Shown here: piece after piece, positions 50,249 through 63,236 of the stretch | How the letters are laid out: every line of letters begins with the position of its first letter | Numbering within the stretch: the stretch's first letter is position 1 | Source: Azolla caroliniana | Lineage: Eukaryota; Plantae; Polypodiophyta | Length of the DNA: 64,000 nt | Direction: 5' to 3' | NCBI GenBank assembly: GCA_043228905.1 | Contig: JBHGNT010000013.1 | Span: 12,338,001-12,402,000 of the forward strand | Translations under genes and position numbers: made by a program | Notes under the pieces: generated by a model | Databases searched by the model: none | Seen by the model: the letters and a program-made list of their open reading frames with translations, nothing else | What the model was told of the DNA's origin: nothing

Positions 50249-53200
50249 GTCGTGCCTTTCGGCTCCGGATCGTTGCGTGAGTCAGGTGGGAACCACTGAG
50301 GTTTTGGACTAGGAGAAAGAAGAATATGAGATAAGGCTAGTATTGAATAGGTGGAAAGAGAGGTAAGTTATGAATCTCGTGAATCCCACGAGTTTAGTGT
50401 ATTTAATCAATATTTAGATAGTAAGAGACAATTAAGATGACAAATTCGTGAATCCCACGAATATATTATATTGGTCAATCCTTACAAAATAATCAACCCC
50501 CATATACCTCTTTCTCTCCTCATATAAGGATGGGAGAGACTAAGCATAGCTTCTTGCTTTTCCTAAAGTGTTCATGCACACTAAATGTGCATGAGTTACT
50601 TTTTCCACTATGCTTTTATTTCTTAAATATAGTGCTCATGCACGCTAGATGTGCACGAGTATTTTTTTATTGGTTTATATTTTTCTTGTAAATAAAGTAT
50701 TCACGCACTCTAAAAATGCATGATTTACCTTTTAATAAAGGTAGGCATAAATAAAAGTCTTATACCTATTAAATCTATATTAATAATACTTATGATAAGT
50801 TAATACAATGGTAAAGTTTTGGTTTATTTACATGGAGGTGCAGGGTTCGAATCCTACCCTATGCATGTAACAATATTTTTAATATTTTCTTTTATTTATT
50901 TATGCGTACTACAATCGGATATATTTTTTACATATTTCATGTAGTGTGCGAATTACACTACAACACTCGCCCCCTCTGAACCCGCACATCCTCTGGTATG
51001 TGCTGAAGTTCTCGATGCATGTTATTCGTCTTCATTCGTAGCACTCTTCGATTCTCCCCTTATGTTGACTATGAGTTGTAGTCCACTTTCTTCGCTTTCC
51101 GTATCACCGTGATCTTTGTTTGGTTGCTCCTCGATGTCGGTCTTGTCTAGGGTTACATAGGGTTCTTCGTCAGTCCGCTTCTTGAAAATCTTCACCCGTT
51201 TCCCCGCTATAGGCACCCGTAGTACTGTTCCATCCAACTCGCATAGTCGGTAAGTTCCGTTGTTGAAAACTTTCCGAACCTCGTATGGCCAGAAACACCT
51301 TTTTGCGAACTTCCATATCGTTGTATGTTAATGATCCAGACTACTGTCATAGACAATCACCCAATCTCCTTCTTCAATCTTCCCCGGTCATAGTCGATGC
51401 TTTGTGTCGAATCGGCTTTTGTTCCGGAATCACGCTTCCTGTTGTCGGCATGTTGCTTTTGCTATGTCTTCCGGTCTTCCCTCCAGTTGTCGTATCCGGA
51501 CCGCTAATAGTTCTTCTCGGCTCATCTCTTCCTTCCACGGCAGCAGTGCCCATGTCGCAATTGCAGTTTCCCTCGGCATTACTGGTGCTTGTCCGGTCAT
51601 AAGTTCGGCCGGCATAAAACTGGTCACGGAACTGTGCGTCGTACGATCCGCCCATAGTGCATACATGAGCATCTGTGGCCAATCCTTCACCCTTCCGTTG
51701 CATGCTTTTGCAAGTGCTTTGACGATTGGACTATGTCCTCGTTCGATCTTCCCGTTAGCTTCCAGATTGTATGCCGTTGTTAGTGTTAACCGAAATCCAT
51801 GTTTGGTGAAGAATTCCCTGGCTTTATCAGACTCGAGTTCTCCTCGATCCGCAATCACTTGTCCTACGCACCCGTACCTGCAAAACACTTCTTCCAAAAG
51901 AAATTGGCATACCACAGAACACGTTTTCCTCCATAGCGCTCGACCTTCTACTTGGTTTGTGAGATCTTCCTGAGCTAACACCAAGTACTTCTTTTGTCCG
52001 ATCCCGGTTGGCATGCCTACAATGTTGACCATCCATTTGAAGTTGATTGTCGGTGAGAATGTCAGATGTAACTCATCTCGGTGTTGAACCCCGGAGTAGT
52101 CTTGGCATTTCTCGCAGCTTTCCGTGAACTCCGCGACATCTTTGTACATATTCTTCCACCAATATCTTTGCTTCATCTTCACAAATGTTGCCCATGTTCC
52201 TTGATGTCCAGCCCAATCGGATTCGTGAAATTCGGAGATTATCTGGTTTCATTGCTCTTTTGTCCCGACTACTCGAAGTGGTATGCCATCCGGTCTTTTC
52301 GGCTCCCTCCATATTAATCCATTTTCGGACTTTTCAGCTCCCTCCATGCCATCCGGTCTTTTCGGCTCCCTCCAAGAAGAACTTTCGGACTTGCCGCTTC
52401 TTACTTCGGATCTCAGCTCTCTTCTCTTTATTGTCTGATGATTCCTCGATTTCTTGTAGCACTTTCCCGATCAAAAAGCTTTCTCCCTCGTATTCTTCTT
52501 CCCGGAGTTCTCGGATTACGTTCACCCGGCATATGTGCTCCGAAGCAAAGTAGTCTTCGGAAATTTCTTCATTATCGGATTCGGTTATGTCGTCTCCGAA
52601 CCGCACCCTTGATAGCATATCCGCTACCGCGTTGTCTTTTCCAGAGATGTGTCGTACCTCTGGATTAAGTGACTTAACATATGCAATCCACCTTAGCATA
52701 GCCACATCCGGTATAGTACAACACTACATCATCCCGAGTATCGGAAGACAATAAGTTTCGATCACTACTTCGGCTTCGATCAAATAATCTCGATCCGATT
52801 TGATTGCCGACACGACTCCCCATAATTCTCTTTTGACTTGTGCACACCCGCGTTGCCTTTCGTTGAGAACCTTTGCTCCGAATCGGATCGGATATCACGA
52901 ACCATCTGAGTTGGCTTGATTGATGACCCATCCGATTCCGGTTGGACTTGTGTCAACCGTTACTATGATCGGTCGGTCATAGCTCGACTTCTTAAGTGAT
53001 TCCGCCCTCTGTAGTGTTTTCTTAAGCTTCTTCATGGCTTTGGTATGTTCCGGTCTCCACTCGAACTTCTTACCCTTCCGCAACAAGTGATAGAGTGGGT
53101 CCACAATATGTGCATAGTGCGGAATCCATATGTGATAGAATGCACATGCTCCAAGAAACCTTCGGACTTCGGATTGTGACTTGCATACTTCTTTCATAGC

Positions 53201-53469
53201 TTGAATCGCATCGATCTTGGTTGGTGACGGTCTTCGGCCGTAGGGCCCACATAGATGTCCGACTACCAATATTTCTTTTTGTCCGAATGCCGATTTCTCT
53301 CCAGAAAGTGTTAGGTGCACATCTTCTAACTTTCGTAGCACTTTCTCGCAATCCCGAATATGGTCGACTATGAATTGTTAGCATCCCCGACCATCCATAG
53401 TCTCATCTTTTTCTTCCACCACGCATCCTTTCATCGGAATGTCATCTAGGAACGACATCGTTATCTCCC
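50249..53469 (-). mobile_element. Ty3/Gypsy copy B, same family as copy A: 3' LTR 50249-50965, PPT 50966-50977, decayed RT-RNase H-integrase, 5'-truncated
   Basis: RT at about 53065-53469 closely matches 1-410. VDTSPTGIGW, HISGKDNAVADMLSR, YWWKNMY...CEKCQ, ADRGEL, ANGKIERGH. Minus-strand PPT AGAGGGGGCGAG. Confidence 0.93.
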
Positions 53470-53697
53470 TAAGAGGGAGTGATAACTTAAGATCCATACT
53501 TAAGACACCACCTAGAAGGTTGAGCTCATATGTGTATGCTTTATTAACACATAGAGACTTTGTGCTTCAACATATGAATACCCCTTCTTAGGAAGGAGAC
53601 ATATATCAAGAACACATGTATACTCTGGTCCCATAGGTCAAAATTGGCCTCTTTATGGACGATAAAAATTCTAATTCTAATTCTAATTCTAATTCTC
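53470..53697 (+). mobile_element. 3' end of a third RTE/RTEX-like LINE family with a (TTCTAA)n tail
   Basis: ORF end LSSYVYALLTHRDFVL resembles family-1 IATFIGKVLEHRESLL. Carries the same 3' hairpin (53628-53660), then GATAAAAA and (TTCTAA)n. Confidence 0.72.
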
Positions 53698-55569
53698 AAT
53701 GGGATATGAAGACGGATTAAACAACTTTACAACATTGAAAAATGTAACATACGGGAAACAATTGTTTAAGGCATCAATAACATGTTGGACAAAGTCCTTT
53801 CCAATGCTAATGCATTCATCCAAACTACCATTTTCCACATTACCATGAAACATATTCATGTTGAAATCACTATCTTCATTCTCACTATCAAGACCACTTA
53901 CTAGTCTTCTTGATCGTTTTGTTACCTCCTTTGGGTTTGGAATTGGTATAAACTTCAATGGATGTAAATGAGTAACATTATCACATCCAATATATGTGAG
54001 TATGCCATCTTTCACATTATCTAGAAAGTTTGCAAGAAACATAGACCCGGTGCCAAATGTTTCACAAGATAAATATCGTCTTCGAAGTTTCTCATGGATG
54101 ATATCCAAGTGAACACAAAGCATAGTTACATTCATTAATTCCCTTTGGAATTGCTCATTTAATTTATTTAATTCCACAAGAATATCTGCCAATAGGTGTA
54201 ACATAAATTGCACTTTGAATATAGTAGCATACTCGTACCATTTTTTCTCATGTTTTTCCCATTGTTCTAAAATTGCAGGCATAAGTGTAACTAGTCTCTC
54301 CATTACTTGGCCTCGAGATAACCATCTTATGGAGTGAATTTTAAGCACCTTCAAATCACCCTTACCGTGTCATTTCATTATTTCTTTTAGCTCCTTGTGT
54401 CTATTAGTTGACTTTCTCAACCAAGAGTATACTTTATTTGCAAATGCATCAAGGAAGCTAAACACATGTGCATGAGACATTATATATGCATCTTTTATGG
54501 CAAGTGCTTCACGATGTGCAATGCCATGCACTCCCAAAATATTAGGCATCATGGATTGAAACTTAGAAATTGTTCCATTGTTCTTACCTACCATAGATGA
54601 TGCCCCATCACTTGCAAAAGCCACTAGTTTTTTTAAATCTAAATTGCTCTCCAAAATGAATTCATTGATAGTATTATAGATACCTTCAGCTTTCCCATTT
54701 TCCATCGGAAGAAGACACACAAATTTACATTGTGGCTCCCCTTTGCCACCTTCACTTAAGTACAAGACATAGATAATGAGGTGTTTTTCCAATGTCCGAT
54801 CGGTGCTTTCATCAATCAAGATGGAGAAAAATGGACTTCCACGAATTTCATCATACAAGAGTTTTCTTGTGTGGTTCTTAATAGCCATTAAGAATTCTCT
54901 TGCAGATTTAGCATTAGCATAAGCACCATATTCATTTGAGGCAGGGGCATTTGGAGTACCAAGTTCCCTTTGTAACTGACATTGTTTTACATATTTCTCT
55001 AATGGAATATCATTACAAGCGTAAAAATGAACCAACTTCATGCATAAGATTATCCTCTCATTTTCTAAATGCATGATTTCTGAAATTTTGTCATCCATTG
55101 GGCCTTTCACATTTGCATTTTCCTTTTGTATCTTTACATGATACATAGCACTTGCTATTACATGGTTGGATGACTTAGAATGCTCATTCAATGATGACAA
55201 TTGCATGCTAAGCGATCCACCATCTGTAAAAACATTATTCCTTCTCGCATATTCACACCACATGCATTTTATTTTTTCATCACCTAATAAGGACTTTGTC
55301 AAATATGCCCCTGGGTGGAGCAAAGTCCAATGGTTTCTCCACTTTCTTTTTGTTTTATTAGAAGAAGATGTTGACACATTTACATTTGTGACCACCTCTT
55401 CATCTTTATTTGGAGTATCATTAAGATGTGCTTTCTTGCAAAACACACTCTTAATAGAAGGTTGGTGTGATCTATGTTTTTTGGGGCAAGACATACTCTT
55501 GAAACTGAGAGAATTCACAAACCAAGAAAAAAAACAAAGATGAGATGGGCAATAAAGGATAGTTTCCAC
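53698..55569 (-). pseudogene. hAT-superfamily transposase (ZNF862-like) with one in-frame TGA at 54372-54370 and a truncated C-terminus
   Basis: CMWC...H...H zinc finger, FFSILIDESTD, FASDGASSMVG, HGIAHREALA, IRWLS. The two track ORFs are in the same frame. Confidence 0.85.
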
Positions 55570-56192
55570 TCTAGATCTTCCAATCTATCAAAAGAAAAAC
55601 GAAGAAAGATGAAGGCTCACATTATCTTACACGCACATGCAAATCCGAAGTTACGGTAAGAGTTCTTAGAATGGGTGTGGGGAGTTGTTGCACTATTTGT
55701 GCCTCCGAAGTTCCATGGTATAGAAGTCTACACAGAAACACTTTTGGTCCTCGAATTGCAAGACTATGAAGAAATGTCTAATCTGAAAGTCAGTAGCCTG
55801 TAGAGTATAATGAAGAGGAGGCCATTGAAGTGGTTCACAGTTTCAAACACCTCAGTGTTGCCATACCTAGTCAACACACTTGGAATACATGGTGAATGGA
55901 AACCACATAGATTCATAGTATGAATGTGAGAGCATGTGGCACTTGCGCACAACCCAAAGATGGGAGATTCCAACAATGTCATTTGTATGCATGCATTGTC
56001 GAATACAAGTGTATAATGGCCGTATTCACACTGTCCCTTTGGACAACCCAAGTTTGGGCTATTTCTGTAAATAGCATAAAGGGCAGTTGCCCTAGGACAG
56101 TCACTATATAAAGTGGCTTTGTAACCTTTAGAAAAGGTTGTTGGTTGTCATTCTTTGTAACTGTTGCTATTGGAATATAACGTTTCTTTGTG

Positions 56193-56225
<33 letters not shown>

Positions 56226-59200
56226 CTTATGCGCATACACAGGTTCTTCTTCATTACGAATGTTGCTTGCACTTCCGCATTGACGGCCTTGTCCCCAACA
56301 TTTGGTATCAGAGCATTGGAGGTTCTTCAACCCGCTGCCGGCCGTCATAGTACACCACACAACATTCTGTTTCTGTTTTTCTTGAAGAACAGAGAAGAGA
56401 GAAGACAAACAAGAAGTTTGCATCTCACCGTGTTAAATCACTAATTGGAGTAAACTAGCCGGATGTACTCTGTTCCTGTGATTGTAACCACTTGAGGTGA
56501 GCTCCTTGTGCAACACCCGACCCAATCGTTCTTCATTTGGTTAAACATCATCCGAATAGGTCACCGGACACTATTCACCCTCTTGTTGTAACCACCCGTT
56601 GCAGATTGGTCTCCTGGCAACAACCAAATTCGTGGTTCATTCGGTTGATCGACATTCGGGCGGATTAGTTGGATCCGTCCCTCTCATCGCTGCATTCATC
56701 CAAAGCAAAATCGGCCCAAACAATCAGTTTCTTGTAATCGGTATTCGGCATACAATCGGAAGCTAACCGGGCTCACTCCAACTCGGCAACATTCGGGAAG
56801 ACCAGCCGGTTCTGTCCCTCAAGTTACCGGAGTCACTCCGAGCAAGTTCAGCAACAAGTATCCGAAACCAAACCGACTCGGGTTCAAAACCGACTAGAAC
56901 GATATCGGGTGAGCCGACCAACTGCACCCTACTAAGGTTCCTAGTCAACTATGAACAGAGTCTTACCAACCGAAATCGAATTAGATGGCATCAACATCCA
57001 GCTCATCAGAGAGGAGTCTAAGGAGGTTCGATGGTTCGAACTTCAACTTCTGGAAGGAACAAATGCAGGACTATCTCATAGTCAAAGGTCAGATAGACCC
57101 GATTGAGAATGAAAATCCTCTAGAAACATACAAGGCAAACGAGTGGCTAAAGCTGGACAGAATTGTCCGCGCCACGATTCGGATGCACTTGTCAGAGTCA
57201 GTGTACTTCACAGTGCAATCATGCTCGACAACATTTGAACTTTGGAAAACATTGTCGGAAACGTATGAATAGAAGGTCGCGACAACGAAGATGTATCTGA
57301 TCCGGTGCCTCTACAACTTGTGGATGAAAGAATCCAATTCGGTTCAGGCACACCTCAACGAGTACGAAAGCATAAGCTCCCAAATCTCGTCTTAGGGGAC
57401 GACAATCGAGGATGAACTGAGAGCAATGATACTCATTAGTAGTCTCCCCTCTTCATGGGAAACTTTTGTTAAAACCATGTGCAATGCTTCAACAGCTGCC
57501 GTTAAGTACTCCGAAGTCACGAGCACAATCCTGACTGAAGCAACTCGGAGAAAGTCTTTCGCCAAAGACTCGGTAGATGAAGCTTATGTAGTACAAGGTT
57601 CGATCGACCGATCGAACAACCAGGGAAGAAGTTCTTCCTGACCACCGAACAACCGAATCTGCAACTACTGCAAGAAATCGGGACACATCAAAGCCGACTG
57701 CCGGGCACTCAAAGCAAAAACCGACAAAGCTTAGAGAGCGGATCAGAAGAGTAGCCGGCATGAGGAGGTCAACTACGTCGGCTCTTTAGCTGAAATTTTG
57801 ATGACTGACCCGAACATATTGTCCATAGAGAACCCAGTCGAATCAGAAGTCCTACTTACGATTGAGGAATCGAGCACATGGTTCCTGGACTCGGGCGCAT
57901 CGTATCATGTGACACCTCACCGATCTTAGTTTCGGCAATACTCGGACGGGCACTCCGACTCAGTTCGAGTCGGAAACTCGCAACACTGTGCTATAATCGG
58001 AATCAGCACCGTAGAGCTCAACCTTTCGGGTGGCTCTACACTCGTACAACACAATGTCCGACACGTTCCTGAGCTCTCAAGACCCTTGATCTTAGTCGGA
58101 TAGCTTGACGAAGCCGGCATTTGTGCCGGATTCTCATTAGGAGGGTGGACACTCCACAAAGGGAACCTCCTACTTTCTTGAGGACCAAAGGTACATTCAT
58201 TGTATCCTTTATATGTCACATTCAAAGAAGGTGACTTATTTCTGGTTGATATCCCCGTGTCATCATTATGGCACAGACGACTTGGACACCTCAGCAAGGC
58301 CCCGCATAACGCACCTATCTAGAGCCGGTTACATCCCCAAACTCTCCTTCTCGGATCATCAATTCTGCAAGCATTGCCATTACGGCAAACAGGTAGCCAC
58401 ATCACACCCGACATCAGCACCAAGAGAATCGAGTCCCCTCGATTTGGTCCACTCGGACGTCTGTGGCCCGATGCCACATCAGTCTCTCGGCGGTGCTTCG
58501 TAGTTCGTCAATTTTATTGACGACTCGACTCGGAAGGTGTGGGCTTACCCCATCAGAACCAAAGATCGGGTGTTTTCGATCTTCTCTAAATGGCTTGCAA
58601 TGGTCGAAAATTAGACCGGTCGGAAACTGAAATGTCTCCGAACCGACAATGGAGGAGAATTCAAGTCTGAAGAATTTGTCAAATTTTGCCGGGAACGCGG
58701 CATTCGACGTGAATATACGACACCTTATAATCTGGAGCAGAACGGAATTGTAGAATGCATGAATCGAGCGATTCAAGAACGCGTAGTATCCATGCTCCAA
58801 CACTCCGGACTGTCGGATGGCTTTTGGGCGGAGGCTCTACTTACGACAATACACATAATAAATATGTCACCAAGTAGACCTCTAGGACTTCAAATACCTC
58901 AAGAAATATGGACCGAGGGTAAGCCGAATTATGACAAGTTGAGGATCTTCGGTTGTGAGGCATACGCCCTCATACCGAAAGACAATCGCCGGAAACTCGA
59001 ACCAAGATCAAGGAAATGCGTTTTCCTTGGGTATGGACCCGACGGCGAGATCATATACTGACTCTGGGACCTCGAGCACAGACAAATCGTCCGAAGTTTG
59101 AACGTCGTGTTCAATGAGTCGGCTATGCATAAAACGGCTGAAAGGCCTATTGAAGTCCGAAGGGTAATATTTTCCGAAGTGCCAACCCTTCATGATGGCC

Positions 59201-59986
59201 CAACCCACAACACGAGATCAGTTTCACCGGTAACCGACAACTCTTGCACCGAATCCACCGATTCGACATAGCCGAATGGCTCGGCTGCCGACCATCCGAC
59301 ATCGACAACCGGTGCGACTAGTCCAGTCATACCTCGCAGATCTAAGAGACTGTCGCAACATCCGGAGAGGTACTCTCCCGGAATTTTTTTTACCGACGCC
59401 GGCGAATCGACGTCTTACGAAGAAGCATCGGCATCTGCTGATTCAACCACATGGCATCTGGCGATGGAGTCGGAAATGCAATCCATTCGGGCAAACAAGA
59501 CTTGGGACTTGGTCGAATTACCGAAGAATCGACGTGCTCTTCCATGTAAGTGGGTCTAACGACTAAAAGAGACGTCCTACTTGACCAACCCAAAGTACAA
59601 GGCCAAATTAGTTGCGAAGGGCTTTCGACAAGAATATGGCGTTGACTTCGAGAAAATCTTTTCACTAGTGGTGAAAATGACAACCCTTCGTTTCATGCTC
59701 GACGTTCTGGCCACCGACAACTTGGAGCTGATTCAGCTAGATGTAAAAACGACATTCCTCCACGGTGACCTACAGGAGGAAATCTATATGGAGTAGCCGA
59801 AAGGCTTTGTGGCATTCGGCTAGGAACATCTAGTCTGCTGACTCAGGAAGAGTCTCTATGGCCTAAAATAGGCACCCCGACAGTGGTACAAGAAGCTCGA
59901 CGACTTCATCCAATCGGTCGGCTTCTCAAAGAGTGATGAGGACCATTGTTTCTTCACCAAAACAGCTCAAGACGGGTCTCCTGTCT

Positions 59987-60714
59987 TGACGGGAACTCAA
60001 CGCTCCTTATGCACAACGCTCGGCCGCAACCGAGCTTAGAATGATACACAAAAAATGGGAAATAAAAACGCGACACAAAGAAGAGACGAGGTACACAGGA
60101 GGTTTACGTGGAAAACCCCAAACTAGGGGAAAAACCACGGCAGCCCACAAGCTGCAAACTATCACTATGATGGAATGTACAACAATGAGTTCACTGAGGC
60201 ACCGACCTCGTGCTCACAGATCTTCGCCACAGGCGACAGTTACAACAGAGGCAACGACCTCTTTCTCTCTCTCTCTCTCTCTGTACAGTTACACACACAC
60301 TCTATTCTTGCACCAACAAGAATGACAACAACCACACACACACTAAAAAAGTTTGCCCTAAGTCATATTTATACTAATATGACTTTTCAGCTATTTACAA
60401 ATATAGCCTCGATGGGCTCTTAGAAAACATATTTACGAATATGTCTTTCCTCCGGTTCTCACCGGGTCTGCGTCATCCGGCTCTCCGTAGCGGGGTACTC
60501 CTCATCCGGTTCTCACCGGGCCTGCACCATCCGGCTCTCCGCAGCTGGGTACTCCTCATCCGGTTCTCACCGGGCTTGCACCATCCGGCTTTCCGTAGCC
60601 GGGTACTCCTCATCCGGTTCACACCGGGTCTGCACCATCCGGCTCTCCGTAATCGAGATTGTTTGTCGGCACTGTTCTTCTCCCTTCCCATCCGGAGGAA
60701 CCTGTCTCCCAACA
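59987..60714 (-). mobile_element. Copia solo LTR (728 bp) with 5-bp TSD TGTCT, inserted in the RT of another Copia
   Basis: TG...CA ends; TGTCT at 59982-59986 and 60715-60719. Removing it restores DGSPVFLIIYMDD. Same family as the LTR at 5245-10473. Confidence 0.93.
60452..60650. repeat. About 3.7 copies of a 54-bp tandem repeat within the solo LTR
   Basis: Unit CCGGTTCTCACCGGGTCTGCACCATCCGGCTCTCCGTAGCGGGGTACTCCTCAT. Shorter related units occur at about 5278-5390. Confidence 0.9.
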
Positions 60715-61555
60715 TGTCTTCCTCATCATCTACATGGACGACATGCTACTCTCCGGTCGGCATGTCGGAGAGCTTACCGAACTCGTTCGGAAACTGCGGT
60801 TGAAGTTTGCCATGAAGGACCTCAGTCCGACAAGACACATAATTGGTATGAAGATTAGTCGGCATCGCGATAAACGAGAACTTTTCTTGTCTCAAATCGA
60901 CTACATCAGACGTGTCTTGGAACGCTTCAACATGCACTTGGCCAAGTCTGCTTCGACCCCACTCCCCATTAACCTTCGACTGTCTTAGCGAGACTGCCCA
61001 ACATCCGGTCCGGAGGGGGAAGATATGAAGTCGGTACCATATGCATCGGCATTCGGGTCCCTTATGTACGCGATGGTCGCGACATGGCCTGATATTTCTC
61101 ACGCCGTAGGAGTCGTCAACAGATTCATGCACAACCCCGACCGATCGCACTGGAACGCAGTCAAGCATGTGCTCAGATATGTTGCTGGCACAAAAGACCA
61201 CGACATTCTTTTCAGCCCGAACTCAACCTCAGGCGTAGTCGGTTACATCGACTCGGACTTCGCCGACTGTGTGGATAGTCGGAAATCAACAACCAGATAC
61301 AGTTTCAAATTCGGCAATGGAGCAATCTCGTGGAAGTCGAAACTTCAGGAGTGCAGAACCGCCTCAACGACCGAAGCAGAATATGTAGTTGTGTCTAACA
61401 CGGCAAAAGAAACTTTATGGCTCGGTCGGCTGGCGCACACGTTTCGACAGGTCAACTTCGACCTGGCTCCGGTTGTCTACAAAGACAGTCAGGGTGTTGT
61501 TGCTTTGTCAAAGAATCTGGTTCACCACAACGCCTCCAAGCATATCGACGTCAAG

Positions 61556-63236
61556 TCGAGGCGAGGCGGTAACGAGAGCCTCGAGGGACACCGACACGGA
61601 GGTCGGGATGACGGTACGCTCTACGACGAGAGAGGATGGCGGTCAAAGGAGAAGCAAGGAACGCGGAATGGGGTCGCCTAAGGGCCAAAGAATGAGTGCA
61701 TATTCGGGGGACAACCTCGGCGCACGGGAAGAGCCTACGGAAGGCAAGCGTAGAGCGGGAAGAGTCGACACACCGAGGTGTTCGGCATGCGGAGACGATA
61801 AAACCAAAGGAGGAACATATGGGGCACACAAAGGGCGGAATCCGGAGTGCGATCGGAGAGATTGGGAGCGCATCCGGAGGACATACGAGGCGGACCAAGA
61901 GGGTGTGCCTTGGGGTGAAGCGGCAAGATCGGAGGTTGTGGAGGACACCGAAGACGAGAGCACCGACACGGATGTCGGGGAAGCAATGTACCTTTTCAAA
62001 AGGGTACAGAGAGCGGAGCGGAGTGTGAGACGTGCGATGTGGCCGCGTAAGGGCCGAGCGACGAGCACGAGGATGAACGACAACGAAGTTCGGCGACAGT
62101 GCCGAGTCGAAGAAGCGGCCGAGGCGAGACAAGCATGGACAAAGAGCACACGGTGCAATATCCGGCAAACAGTCGGGAAGAACGAGGATTCGGCCCAAGG
62201 TCGCAGGCGGAAAACGAAGGAAACCGAAGAGAGGAGTGCGAAGATCGGGTCTGGCAGATCGGGCAGAGACAGTGGTTCGGCAAAATCCGTCGTGTATGGT
62301 GGATCGGATGGAGCCGACGGTTCGAGAGCATACAACGGGTATGGCAGACCGGGAGGCTACGGTGGTCCATGTGGAAGGGACGAGCTTGCTCGAAGTGAAA
62401 GACGAAGTCGGGCAAAGTTGACAAGGACGCTAAGGACCCGGTTGATCCCCATGGCCGAAAATCTCACCTCTTTCCCCTTCTTGGCACATACCGATGGATG
62501 TGCGGTTTGGTGGGGGCGGATGTCGTGAAGATTTTCGTCCATAGGGGGAAAACCAAGCGGAGTGAGCAAAACCGGGGGTGCAACATTGCACACGCACATG
62601 ATGTTTTTGTAAATAAGAACAAATGTAAATTGTAAGAAATGCACCACAAGATTCCTAAAGTATAAATGTGATGTGCACATCCACATGAGAGAGAGAGAGG
62701 TACATAGGAGTACGAGGTGAGTAAGGGGCATAGTAGTATGTGTGAGGAGTGGGAGTTAGGGCCCCATCAATCCCTCCTCCAAGAATGCAAGAAAATATCC
62801 CCATTGAATGAAGGAGATATTTAGTCTCTCCCTTTGTAATGGCGTCCTCTCCTTATGCTATAAAAGGAGAGGAAGGGGCACCATTGAAGGGGTTGCCTAT
62901 TTTGTGTATGGGAGGTATACCGCTTAGTCTAGAGTTCTTACCATTTTAGGGTTAGGGCTTCGTTTAGGGTTTCTTTATTCATCTTCGGTTAGGGTTTTCT
63001 CATAGTCATTTGGTGCGGCCCATGCGGCCACCATGGTTGTAATCATTTGTTCGTTTTAATATAACTTGTTTAGTATCTTGCCGCCGCGATCTCTCCTTCT
63101 ATGTCATGGTCTTATTCTTTCCTCTTCTCCTCTTGAGCTAAGCCTCCACATCATGTCTTATTCTTTCTCCTCTACTCCTTAGTCCGAGACCCCTGTGGTC
63201 CCGCCCTTCTCCACGCACGCGTGTAACAACGCAACA
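61556..63236 (+). mobile_element. 3' end of another LTR element: GC-rich internal region, PPT-like tract (about 62509-62520) and LTR (about 62521-63236)
   Basis: GGTGGGGGCGGA followed by TGTCGTG, a TATA-like TATAAAAGG at about 62859, and an end near ...GCAACA. The right boundary is inferred. Confidence 0.6.

Larger units (their letters stand above)
55676..61555 (+). mobile_element. Decayed Ty1/Copia: 5' LTR (about 55676-56300), Met-i PBS (56303-56314), gag-PR-IN-RT-RH, 3'-truncated
   Basis: CCCCAACA-TT-TGGTATCAGAGC; RFDGSNFNFWK, CNYCKKSGHIKADC, WFLDSGASYH, VHSDVCGP, QLDVKTTFLHG, YMDD, STTEAEY, KHIDV. The LTR start is inferred. Confidence 0.92.

Noticed and set aside
3618-50965. The two homologous Gypsy LTRs as the ends of one 47-kb element carrying host genes
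   Set aside because: The geometry is wrong. LTR A is a 5' LTR with its body to the left and LTR B is a 3' LTR with its body to the right. They are also visibly diverged.
60441-60803. ORFs with 18-aa repeats
   Set aside because: Translation of the 54-bp LTR tandem repeat.
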